A stretch of DNA of 64,000 nt from Adineta vaga (taxonomy: Eukaryota > Animalia > Rotifera): NCBI GenBank assembly GCA_021613535.1, contig CP075495.1, positions 6,696,001 to 6,760,000 of the forward strand. Direction: 5' to 3'. Below are positions 39,934-52,300 of the stretch, piece after piece. Position numbers and translations under genes: made by a program. The notes under the pieces were generated by a model that made no database searches, was not told where the DNA came from, and saw nothing but the letters and a program-made list of their open reading frames with translations. Within the stretch, counting starts at the first letter, position 1. Each line of letters starts with the position of its first letter.

Positions 39934-42018
39934 TGAATGTGGATCTGCAAATGCTTGTTGAACTGTTGTTCGCCAAGCAAGATTCTGTTGTTGTCGTTGT
40001 TGATCTTGTAATAAACGACGATTTTCTTCGAATAACTCATCATTTCGTTGTTTGAACGTTCTATTAATAAAACAAATATCAATAATATCTTTTATGAAAA
40101 TGTTTAACACAATTCAAAATATACTTCAGATCATTTCGAAGGGCATTAAATTCTTGATAAAGTAATTCATCATTTCGTTTCTTTGTTTCAGTGACCTATG
40201 AACAAAGTAAAAATTATATTTTGTCTAGAGATCATATATATATATAGATATAGATCTAAATCAAAACTAGGCATGCACTAATTGAAGCAAATCAACCTGA
40301 GAAAGTTTTTTCTTTCGAGAAAAAAAAGTATCCGATGCAAATGAAGGATCAATTAAAGAGAGAAGAATTGAAAGTTTTTTAATGATTTTCTAGATATATT
40401 TGAATATAAATAAAACAAAAGAGCATGTTTGAATGATGAGATATGATTTACTTTTTGTTGTAATTCTTCATTTTCACGTTTTAATTGAGTAATGGTTCGA
40501 TCTGTTTGTTGAATTTGTTGTTTTAATTTATCATTATCACTTGTTAATGCACGCATTTGCTTTTCATATGCTCCTAAATATCATCGAATGAAATATGGTT
40601 GATAAAAAAACAAACAAACAAATGAATTGAAATTATAACGAACTTAATTTCTTTTCTAATGCTTCTTTTTGATGTAAAGTAACTTCATCAATTTTATTTG
40701 AACGTGCAACAATTCCATTATGATGTTGTTGACTTTGAAGTTTTGCAATTAATTCTTGTTGAACTCGTAATTCCGTTTGTAAAATATCTTTTTCACGACG
40801 AAGTGTTTCAGTTTCACTATTATTCTATGTAGAAAACGCATTTTTTTTTAAATATATATTTCAACCCAAATAATTACTTACATTCGTATGACCATTTTGA
40901 TATTGAATTGGTATTTTAGCTTTCAATATTTTATTTTCTAATTGTAATTCTTGAATTTCTTTATGTAAATGTATTATATCAAGTTCTTTTTCTTGTAATT
41001 CACGTTGAAGTGATGTACCATCACCATCGTAAGAAAGAAACTAATTGAGAAAAGATAGTTATATGGCTTTTCTATTTTGAATATTTTTTTTCATTACATA
41101 TAGTTAAAAAAAAATATCGGTATCGAAAATCCAATAGAAAAGGATGAAATTTCCTTTTATATATAAAATGAAAATGAACATTCCTGGTGCATAGTTCCCG
41201 ATTTTCGTGTATATACTGCTCTATAAACACTTAATTCATATATTGCTAATCAATAACTTCATATTAATCAATGTAGATATATATTTCTATCTTAATAGAT
41301 CTTGGAATATACTCTTTGTGATGTATCTATTTTTTAATGGAATCTTAACTATAATCAATAGATGCCTTATATATTCTCATTTTGAAAGAGTAATGTTGAT
41401 CTACAAGTTCTCCTTTACTTAGAAGCATTATAATGATATTTGTTAATACTCGGCCTTTTTCTTTTGCAACTAGTTATTTGACTGATTTCGAATGTCTTTA
41501 TATAATAAACTTACATCGACATTTTCCACATTCATTTTTGTTTCATCATCAGCTTTCAAGGCTATTGTTGTTGTTGTCATCGGTCCTTTACTTAATATAG
41601 GAATTGAATAATCGGAAGCATCTGACGATGCTCGATCATCATTTAATGATGTTAATAGCTTTCCATCATGTAAATGTTTTAAAACAATATCGAGTTCTTT
41701 TCGTCGTTCATCACTATTTCTCATCGTTGACGATGAATTTGAACGTGGTAAAGTTAAATTTAAACGATCACGAATTTCATCAGTTAAAACTGTTGTTCTT
41801 GTTGAATTTTCATTTTGTTCACTTTTTGATTTATTATTATTATGGAATAAATTTGGAATGTTTGAATAACTTGAATAACTTCTTGCTGGCAAAGTTTTGA
41901 CGCCATCCATCGCAAACGATGAAACAGAATTGGAATGAAATGATCCGGACGATGGTGCTTCGACAATATCATCAATTAAATCGTGACGAGGGGCACGACC
42001 TTCAATTTTCGTAGGCAT
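38253..42018 (-). CDS. Multi-exon coiled-coil protein with a polyQ tract and a C-terminal CAP-Gly domain (start uncertain, possibly ~42130)
   Basis: The terminal exons give VNDLVKFSRPGGKISKGIVKYIGPIPDKSDQYLGLELEDE|ESKHDGVYQGQRLFQC|KPNKGVFVGFSKV. Coiled-coil exons lie at ~40000-41040. Confidence 0.75.
39854..39933 (-). repeat. (CAA)n polyglutamine-coding tract in the CAP-Gly gene
   Basis: Long TTG run on the + strand, giving a run of more than 20 Gln in ORF 39736-40110. Confidence 0.85.
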
Positions 42019-43462
42019 TTCAGTCTATCTACAATAGAAATAATGCCATGAAAGTAATAGAAGAAAAAGTAAATAGAAAAAGAAAAGAAAAAAGACGTTT
42101 TGAAATATACCCGGAGAAAACGTTCATTGTTATTCGTAAGTTTTTATTTAACTTGGGATATTCTTTAACAGTTATATAAAAGCAGAAGAAAAAAATCGTC
42201 ACTGAATAGACGTAATTACGGGCGATTAGAATTCAAATTTTTTTTTTCGTCCTAACTTAAAAAAAGAAGCAAACAGAAAGGTACCGAAGAAGCTCTAGAA
42301 TAAAGACGAACAAAAATACTTTTATCGCATCGGCTATCGTCAACCATTAACGTCTCTCTAGAATTTCATCTTGAATTATATCCACATGAAACATGACTTT
42401 CAAACATTTTTTTTTCTTCTTCTTCGTTTATTATTCATAACTGGATGATGATTTATTTGACCCTTCATGAGTCTTTTCAATCATATGATGAATAGCCAAA
42501 TTTCACTTACTTGACCAAAGTGGTTAGTGACACTCTTTTCTTTTCTTTTCTTTTCACATACTTCCATTTTCATTTAAAATGTACCACGCAACCAATGTAC
42601 GCCATTCTTCAAAATCTCTCCTCGGTTTCTTCACTAGTTAGTAACTAAGATATTTACAATGGATAGATGTCGTTAGTTATCAAGATGTCAATGACTAGTA
42701 GTGTTATTATTTTGATCGATAGAATTGATGAAAACAATACTGAAATACGTCTCGATATAGTAACTCATAAATATTCAAGTAGTGTCATTTGATTACTTTT
42801 CGGATAATTAATAATAAATTGTATTTGACCTAAAATTTGAATGCTGAAAAGGAATATTCTTGTTTTTATCTTATCAAAAAGAAAATAAAAAAAGGTAAGA
42901 ATCGTCAATAAATATAAGTGTAGTAAACTATGAGTGCAGTAAGTAGAATTAATAGAATGTAACTTAGAATTGTGAAAATATGGATATTGTTATCAAAAAG
43001 ATCAAATTCTATTTCACAAATAAATATTAAGTATACAAATGCTGATTATTTTGTTTTTAAATAAAAGAATAGACTTTGTGCTCGTGAAGGTTAGTAAAAC
43101 ACACTGATTATTTAACTTTGTTTTCCTTTCTGTACATAGAGTATAAACGATGTCTTATCAACGAAAAGTATTTTATAGTACGTATGATAATATTTATAGA
43201 AAATTTTGTATATTTTTTCTTTGAAATATATTTTGTTTTAAAACATAATCAATTTAGTTTGGCATCATATATAATAAATAAAGTTTTATCGAGTTTGTTT
43301 TGAAAATGAAAAAGAAAATCACGATTATGAAAGTCAAAAAGAAAGAAAGAATAATGTAACAATCGAATGGAGCAGAGATTAATTCTTCTGTAGGGGAAGA
43401 CAATTAGTCAAGTATATATGAATGGATATATGTATATTGCAGCAATCAAAATGAGCAAGATT

Positions 43463-46216
43463 TTATTTGTTGGATTTCTTTTGTTTGACAATTAATGCAC
43501 GAATTTCATCATTTGTACAGCATTGATCATAGGGAACACCATCTGGACTAGTACCGTTGACGTCAGCACGCTAAAAATAAATAGAAAAGAATATTTAAAG
43601 GAAATAATTAAACTGTAAATCTTAGAGGCTGATTGAGTTAAGTTCATATTTATAAGATTGAGAAGATGATATGTTTGAAGTAATAGGTAATTTATATCGT
43701 TTTTCTTTTTATATAATCCAGAACAAACCGAAAAAATACGTTATGAACGATAGCAATGAAAAGAAAGAAATGATTGAAACAAAGAGTAATCGATAGTCTA
43801 AATAACGCACTGAAGAAATGATAAACTTTGTTAGTTTTTCTGTTTTCTTTTAAATTACACAATCAAACTAGTTCAAAAAAAAACACTCACACACTCACAA
43901 ACACAGAAAATGTGCCCTCGCATATGTACATCCGAATAATTATGATCATAATACCGAGATGGGAAAAGAAGAAACGAAAAAAAAAAGAAGGTGACTAGAC
44001 ACACCGAGAACGTCGAAAGAAGATAACACGTATACTTTCTACTAGTATAAAAGAGACAGGAAAATGTTGTTTTTTTATTTAATAAGTTTACAACCAAGTT
44101 GTTGAGCAGCTAAAGCTACACAAACTCCATCTCTACATGATTCACAACCATGATGTTGTCCTTTTGGATTTCCAATACGACGATAGTGATTTGATTTAAT
44201 AGATGTTGTTAAATTTGGATATGCATGTTCATTAACAATAACGAAAACATTTCTCATTACACGACATACTTCTTCAGGATACCATAATGGTGAACAAATA
44301 TCTCCACATCGATCACAATTTTGTGTAAATAATTTGAAATAAAGAATATGAGATTTACAATCATAAAAAAATGATATCTGTCCACGCATCGATGTCCAAC
44401 AATGTGCACATGAATCACATTCGAAACGTACTTTAGCAATTTCAACATCGCATAATGCATCCGATGGTAATTTGCATGTACCCTCTGTACTCAATGGCAT
44501 TAATATCCATTGATCAGATGTGAAATATCGTCCAAATGTTAATTGAAATTCAGCATGAAATACTAAACACATATCCGAACAGAATTCTTTTTTACTTTCA
44601 TCCGATAATAGCATTGCTAAATCATAATCATCTTCATTTATACATAATTCAGGTGATGATCTTGATGATGTTGTTATCGAATCTGCAAAACCAGATTCAT
44701 CGTCAGCTATACTTGAGCGATGTTTATTTGTTAATTCATCTTTGTTTGGTAATTCTTCCACTTGTAGACCATTGTTAGCAACATGTTTAGCTGCTATATG
44801 ATCAATTGAACAATGGGAGATTGATAATATTTCGACTTCACGTACCATTTTTCTGTTTAACTATGGGTTAAGTCTTTTCTTGTACTTGTTGGCCTTTTTT
44901 TTGCTTTCTTGTGTATGCAGCGGGTAGCGTCTTGTTTAAGAGAATGCTGCTACGTCGCTTGCTTTATATAGTCGACGGGTTAAACCCTCGTTCGTTCGCT
45001 TTCTTTCTACTTTATATTCTCTTTCTCTCGTTCTTATGCGAACGAGCGATGTTCGCTCGTGTCAGTGTTAACGTGACGGCTCGATTTTAAGGCCACGAAC
45101 ATTTTTTTGTTCTTTTCATTCTCATTTGCTTGAAAATCGAGCAAAAAAAAACGAGAGTAGAAGAGAAAGAAAAAAGAAGAGAAATACAATTGTCTGCACG
45201 CCCAATGAGAACATTTCTATGATCAAATTAGACGAGCTAATACTTCGCATTCAACTGGATGACCTCTATAATTCTTTCTGATTATCAACAATCGATTAAT
45301 CAATATGAGATCATCGAAGTACATATGATTATTATTCAAGTCCATCGACAATATTTTGTTTCTTATTTCGCAAGAAATCTCGTTATATAATGCGGGACGT
45401 AATAAAAACATTTGAAGATAGCATACCTTACAGTTAAATCTATTTATAGACATCACATTTCCTTTCATTCTCTCTTTTTTTTCTTTCTTTCTTCCTTTAA
45501 CTATCGTAGTTTTCATTATTTACTATTATACTGTTTGAAGTACAACCAATCGAATCTATCTACACATGGATACGTCATACATAATGTATATAACAGATAT
45601 AAAATACGAATGAAAAAGAAAGAATTGTCAAATAAATCGGAAAACTTTTCCAGCCAGACAAAAATAGTAACGACGACGACGACGACGACACTAGAACTAT
45701 GTCATTCTAATTGTACAAACTCTGAAGAGCAAATGAGACTTGTTTCGTCGTCAGTCAAACATTTACTCAAGGTTATAGAGTATAAAAATGAGTGCAAACC
45801 TGTTCAAGAAGATATTTAACACAGTCTGTATGATCTTCGTATATTGCAGCAAGAAGTGGTGTTAAGCCAAATTTATCTTTGCTCTGAAAAAGAAAAACAT
45901 TCTTAAAAATAAGCGTATTTATTTCTACACATGAACTTACGTTAACATTAGCACCGTTATTAACAAGTTCTTTTAGTACATCAAAATTTCCTGCATCAGC
46001 TGCATAATGTAATAATGATCGACCATTCATTTGTTCATTTACCTTTTCTGGATGCTAGATAGATAGAAAAATTGATATTTGATGCAATCAATTCATTTTT
46101 CATTTTATTTTCTTTTAAATTCTCACTTCTTTAAGAAGAGTTTTCAATGATTGAAGTTCGCCTGTTTTTGCACACCAAATCATGCTTTCATTTGTACTAA
46201 CTGTTGAATCACCCAT
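43463..46216 (-). CDS. MTPN: Myotrophin (V-1) ankyrin-repeat protein, 4 exons, 131 aa
   Basis: Exons 46127-46216, 45941-46054, 45800-45883 and 43463-43570, all phase 0. Translation ...MIWCAKTGEL...GRSLLHYAADAG...DKFGLTPLLAAIYEDHTDCVKYLLEQ|RADVNGTSPDG...TNDEIRALI is colinear with myotrophin. Confidence 0.9.
44075..44848 (-). CDS. 3CxxC-type zinc-binding protein (RTP/ZAR1-like), intronless, nested in MTPN intron 3
   Basis: AKVRFECDSCAHCWTSMRG, LFTQNCDRC, PLWYPEEV and HHGCESCRDGVC form the zf-3CxxC pattern. No C-terminal TM. Confidence 0.85.
   Translation of the reverse strand: MVREVEILSISHCSIDHIAAKHVANNGLQVEELPNKDELTNKHRSSIADDESGFADSITTSSRSSPELCINEDDYDLAMLLSDESKKEFCSDMCLVFHAEFQLTFGRYFTSDQWILMPLSTEGTCKLPSDALCDVEIAKVRFECDSCAHCWTSMRGQISFFYDCKSHILYFKLFTQNCDRCGDICSPLWYPEEVCRVMRNVFVIVNEHAYPNLTTSIKSNHYRRIGNPKGQHHGCESCRDGVCVALAAQQLGCKLIK
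44962..44987 (-). promoter_or_regulatory. TATA box plus an adjacent palindromic GGGTTTAACCC element upstream of the 3CxxC gene
   Basis: TATATAAAG on the minus strand at 44970-44962, ~115 nt upstream of the ATG. GGG(W)5CCC at 44977-44987. The surrounding region is CpG-rich. Confidence 0.45.
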
Positions 46217-46459
46217 CGTCAATAATTAGGAAATAAATTAATCAAAGATATCTAAAACAAATATAGATAAATCGAGCAATCTGTTTCAAAAAATATCTGA
46301 TGACGTCATTTTTCTCGAGAAATATATGTTATTGATCAATTCTATACCAACAAATTCCTTCCTACGTGTTTTCACTTTGTAAACTTTCTTTTTTTTTATA
46401 AAGATTCATTCGAAAGATTCTTATTGACTTGTTTTTTTAAACTTGTGCTTGTTTTTATT

Positions 46460-47210
46460 GTACGGAATTCGCGATTAAAAGGCAGTTTTCTTTCTTGATT
46501 GTGGACTAAAAAAATACACCAGAAAGTAATTGAAGAACTAAACAGAGAAATGATAGATGAAAATGTTTGTCTTTTCGTAAGTGTATTCATGAGAATATGA
46601 GAATTCAAAAATTTTGTTTTAATGTGATAACATAATGGATGGACTGAAATGACTACAAATTTGACAATGTTGAAGCAAAATTCCGAAGACGAGGAAAATG
46701 AAAACAAATAGGAAAGTTTAGAAACATAATGTTTGCGAAGTAAATAATGCCCACTGTGAATCGATACAGCTATTTTCCATCAATAATCAACAGATTCAAC
46801 GAAGGAAATAAAAAGATCTATAACTGTACTATTTTCGAATTGGACAATTCAGAAAAAGACACATTTCCTTTCAGTTCAATCTCTGTCTTAAATACTCTTC
46901 ATTCAATGGAAGCAGAGGAAATCTTCTTATGGATTGCACTACAGACCATAGCGACACTATCGACAGAGGGATCCCATATAGAAAAGGTATTACTGAAAAG
47001 AGAAGACTTTGATTTTATTGTCTCTTATCATATTTTACTGACCTTGATGATAATCTAAGTGATTTATGATGATCAAAACGTTTTTCTTCAAGTATCTTTC
47101 TAAATATTCATTATCCAGAAAGTAAGCTCGTATTACACTAGAGATACAACAGTTATCAAGAAATTGTCCATCATTACAGTCGAAGATGAGCATAACGAAT
47201 GTAGGTTAAA
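46460..47210 (+). pseudogene. Possible degraded coding remnant of unknown origin
   Basis: The 103-aa ORF 46747-47058 is flanked by coding-like stretches broken by stops. No family recognised. Confidence 0.2.
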
Positions 47211-48437
47211 ATTAACTAGAACTTGACATAACCTTAGACATAAGTATTTTTCGATTTAAATAGTGTAATTGAAGTCAAGTACTAAAAAAAAGGGGACATA
47301 ACTCAAATCAAGGATGACTCTTCGTTAGGTGATATAAACTTTAGTTATCATTCTTGCAAGTTTTGTAGATGTTTTTAACGGAGAATGAAAGATATCCATC
47401 CATTTCTTTGTACATTTCAAACTGATTTCGGTTCTTTCTAAGATTGTTTTGACATAAGTATGATGTAGTTTCTTTATTCATCTCTTATAGCAGAGCATCT
47501 CTCTCGATACCAAATGAAGATGATAAAATAGACTATTCTAAAAAAAAATATTATTTTTGATCGTTTAACCTTTTCTTCATTTTTTTTCTTTCATCCATCA
47601 AACTAAATGAAGATAAGTCTTAATCTCTAGAAAGAAGAAGTGACTTATTTGCTATTTTTATCTTGATATCGCATTTGTCATTTGTGTCACATTCATATAA
47701 AGATACAATTTAATTTTTCAAATCTGTTTCATATTTTCCAAGTTTTTCTTTCTTCTAAAAATATAACAAAGAAAATACATGCGTTTTTTTTTATAGATTC
47801 ATTTCTTACGATTTTCGATAAGATCTTTCATTTCGACATGCTAAATTAAAATCAGGTAACACTGCATCAAAAAATGAAATATATTATCAAAAATAACCAG
47901 TTGAATATGAATTTATTTGTCTCTTCATGTGAATTCTACCAATCGAAGTGTTCTTCTAAGCTGTAACGCCATCTATGAAAATGTTTTCTAGATAAAAATC
48001 AAAGTCATGTTTATATGATAAATCCATGAGAAAAATAGAATTTTTTTCAATGAAAATTCAATAATATTTTCTCATTGATCATTGGTTGTTATTTAAAGTA
48101 AACAAATGAATAATCATCCGCCTTCTCTTCTGTCATGATCGTGACGATTGTCATTCACCTTTCCTTTCCCATAGTTTGCTTTGTTTTTTAATGTATATGT
48201 TTGAAAACAACTCGATTCGCGCTCGTTTCTCTTTTTTAGATCTCTATTTTTCTATTGACAAATCAAATAAACAAGGTAAAATTCTTCTTTTTTTTTCTAT
48301 GAATGATATTTCATTTCTATCTATTATCTCTTTTTTTGTCTTTATTAAATTATGTCATATTTTTTTCTAATGTATCTATTCTACTCATATCCTTAGGAAG
48401 TCTATTGAATATCTAAGCAAAAAGAAACCAGAAACTA

Positions 48438-50720
48438 ATGGGTTATTTGTAAGTATGGATATCTAACTAAACGAATGTGTATATGTAACTTCGTAATATA
48501 TATAGTGAATGTTCGAAAACTAGTTTTTGATGTCTATTTTGTCTACTTGCTTTTGATATGTTAACACCTAATTAGAATTGATTTACGATTCAAACTAAAC
48601 TTTATTCATCCTTGTTTAGCTTCGGCAAAGACAAACATCGTCAGCAAAAATATGATCAGCATCAGTGTGCACTCTATCTCTTTATTATTATTGCATCTCT
48701 ATTGCTTCATATAACTAATGCTGACACTAATACTACGAATAATAAAGATGGATTCATCGCAACAGTCACAAATATCCCTACGAAGATTTTAACCAGTTTA
48801 TTTGGAAACTCCAGTAATAATTTAACAACAACAACAACAGCAACAGCAGCGAATGAAAGTTCGAGTGGAAATACAACGACAACTGCATCTCAGAAGAAAA
48901 CAAATTATTTTGATTTTCGAGTTATTTTGCAAATTCTTCTTCGAATTTCTGCTCAAGCATTGATAGTCGTAAGTTATCACATTCAGTAAAAGTCAGATTG
49001 CCAAAACAATTCGTTCTATTCTTGTATCCTTTTGAGAAAGACATATGATATTCTCGTTACTAACTTTTAATCAGATATGACCTGTCATGAACAACGACAT
49101 CACGAAAATTGTGTTTCATTAAGGATAATATCAGGAATTTATTATAGTTTAGTATATTTTATCTCGAAAAAATCTAATTGAGTTTTCTTTCTAGAAGAAA
49201 TATAAGACAGAAAAACAACCGATTATTAATATGATACATCATCATTTTCAGTCATTTGAGAAGAAATAACCCATATTTATTTCATCGAATAGAAAACTAA
49301 GAATTCAAGATGAGGATATGATATGACTGACGGTCGTTCACTGTCTACATATATATTAGTAATGACTGAAAATTGTCCTTGAAATTCATAAGAGATTGAT
49401 TATGATAAACAAGGTGATGTCTACAATATGTTCTCATTTATCTATTCAGACGTATTTTGTTTTGTACGACAAAAGAAGTAAATACATGATTGTTTTACGA
49501 TAGTCAAGTATGCGTCACCTGATTTTATTTGTTATGAAACGTACATTGAAGCCGACATGTCTTTTAATATGAATAGAATAGATTTCATGATTATATAACA
49601 TCTGCTGAGACTAAAGGTAAATCTTTTCAATAGGTCTCATGTACATATATTAACTAGAGTTATACGAAAGAAAGGACAAAAGAATAGGAATCGATGTTTT
49701 TTTTTATTGTATATAATCAATCGTATTAGGCATGCATAATCTTTAGAAGTGTGACATATGTTATATCACATTTTTGCTTTAGTTTGGTGGTGTACTTCCA
49801 TATATTCCACAATATTTGATAATCAAACGTAAACAAAATGCTGAAGGTTTTTCGAATTATGTCTGTCTTACATTACTTGTTGCGAACATTATTCGTATTG
49901 AATTTTGGTTTGGTAAACATTTTGAAATTCCACTTCTTTTACAATCAATAGTGATGATTTTTTGTATGCTTATTATGTTGGAACTTTGGACGCGTATTCA
50001 TGCATTAACAATGCGTCGACAAATCGATACAGAAGAAAGTGTAGTTGGTTCAAAAGAACAATTAACAGAAGAATTCTTGGATAAAAGATTTACAGATTTT
50101 GAAGTGGATTATTTTTGGCGATGGACAACGTACGTAGTAAACGGAAAATTTCACTTCTATCATTATGTTTCATTTTAGATTTGCCAGTTATCTTCAATTT
50201 TTATGTATAATTACATTTATTTTCAGTAAGTTTGAAGAGGAGATCAATATTTATTCTAAAATAGTTTATCTGTGTTTTGTTTTGTTTTGTTTTCTAATAC
50301 GTCAATATGAAACTATTTGTTAAACATAACATTGAAATATTCTTTTAGGCGTTATGACATGGTTGCTTCTCAACAATGTAGTCTATATTGAAACTATTGG
50401 ATTTCTTGCTGTTGTTTGTGAAGCTCTTCTTGGTATACCTCAATTTCTACGAAACTATCGTTTAAAATCAACTGAAGGCATGAGTGTGAAAATGGTAAAG
50501 ATTGAACATTCTTTTTGTATTCTTATTTTATTTCTCGTTTTAAATCATTAATCAGGTTCTTTTATGGGCATCCGGTGATATATTTAAAACAGTTTATTTC
50601 ATTATTCGAAATGCTCCAAAACAATTCTGGCTCTGTGGTATTCTACAAATCAGCATTGATATTGCCATACTTTTTCAAGTTATGCTCTATTCAAGAAAAT
50701 ATCGACTAGGTCAACAATGA
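48438..50720 (+). CDS. SLC66A2: PQ-loop transporter PQLC1/SLC66A2
   Basis: FGGVLPYIPQY...EGFSNYVCLTLLVANIIRIEFWFGKHFEIPLLLQSIVMI and a second PQ loop EALLGIPQFLRNYRLKSTEGMSVKM|VLLWASGDIFKTVYF. Stop at 50718-50720. Confidence 0.88.
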
Positions 50721-52300
50721 AAAGTGAATAAAGAAAGAAAGAAGGAAAGAAAGTATTTTCTCTATATCTATCTCTTCTCCTTTTCTCTTTGCTGCATGCG
50801 CCAGTCTCTTTCTTCATCTCTTTGTTCTTTTGTTTTTGTATATGTCTCAATTTTATATTTGTATTTTGAACGATTTAATGTAAAACAATGAATACAAGTG
50901 AAGTACATTTTCGTGTTAAACTCGCTTGATTAATGTCTATTTTGTGCTAATATCCGTTCTTTTAATTTCTGTTTATTTGTCCATATCATACGTTTGTAAA
51001 CGAATCATCATTTGTCCGTTCTATGTTCTCTTTTATATATCACTTAATTCACTGTATTTATATTTCAATATCAACGAAAAAAATGTTTTTTTTTCTTTCA
51101 ATTTTATTATCAATCTATTTATACATTGTGAATATGTATCAATGTCCAACTGATGAAAGCTTTTATAGAATCAAATGAGTGATTGTAATGTTTTCCCGAA
51201 AGATTCTCTTGCGTCTGAATATATATGACTGATTGAAATTTACGGCATTTTCAAATTACCTCATCAGAAATTCAAGTAGTACCTCTTGAGAAGTAGAAGA
51301 TGATAAATAATATTCGAAAAAAAATGTCACTTTTTGTTTATTCTTGCAATACTTGTAATGAGTGCTTTTAACTGGAGAATTACTCTCCTTGACATAAAAT
51401 CTTATAGACACAAATTACAACGCGAAATATGATTTTGACCTTTAGCTATACGATATAAAAATAACAATTTTCTTTTTTTACATTATCTCACGCCTATGCA
51501 CATTTGTGTATATTATTCTGATGGATATGTATGGGGGTTAAAGATAACAAGATGTAATTTGATAAACAATATGAGGTGATGCATGAATAAAAAAAATGTT
51601 AATAGTTTGAACCTTCGTCTATCATTGATAGGGATTTCTTTATTCACATTGGAAAAGAAAATGAGTACGAACTGTGAGAATGATTGACATGCATGTTCAA
51701 TCATTCATCCAAACTTATTTCTAATCTCCTTGTCTGAAATCGCGTTCGCTTTCAGTCGCATGTTCAATGACATATGAGCGGCGTGTGCTCGCACAGATTT
51801 GATTATCACCAACACCAAAACCACGCCCCGTACGCATATTTGCATGTCAACACTTGCGTAATAACGTTTTCTTTTTTATACGAAGAAGAAGAAAAAGAAG
51901 AAGGAGAAAGAAAGAAAGAAGAGTTATTATGTGCTAGGCGGAAACTGAATTCTCATTCTGTCTTTGCTCATTTCTTTTTTTTTACGATTTTGTTTTACAT
52001 ACAGATCCGTACAGTATGAATGAGCAAAAGTGTGCAAAGTAATGACACGCTCTTGTACATTTCAAATGTCGGTATATGTATACGCTTCAAAAATGGAGTG
52101 TTGAAAAGAGAGGAAAGAAAAGAAGTGAAAGAGAATGAGCGAAACAGAGAAAAAGGAGGGGAAAGAGAGAGAGAGAAAGTCCAATCACTATCACACGGTT
52201 GATTGCCATGCGAAAGTGAGAAGAACAATAAGAAAACGACTTTAAATGAAAAAAAAATGAACAACGATTATTAAGCATAAAACGTCCAATATCTCCGCTT

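Noticed and set aside
39771-40082. Poly-Val and poly-Asn ORFs (likewise the poly-Cys ORF 53814-54008 and poly-Gln ORFs at 810 and 61784)
   Set aside because: Alternate-frame or antisense readings of CAA/CAG microsatellites within real exons.
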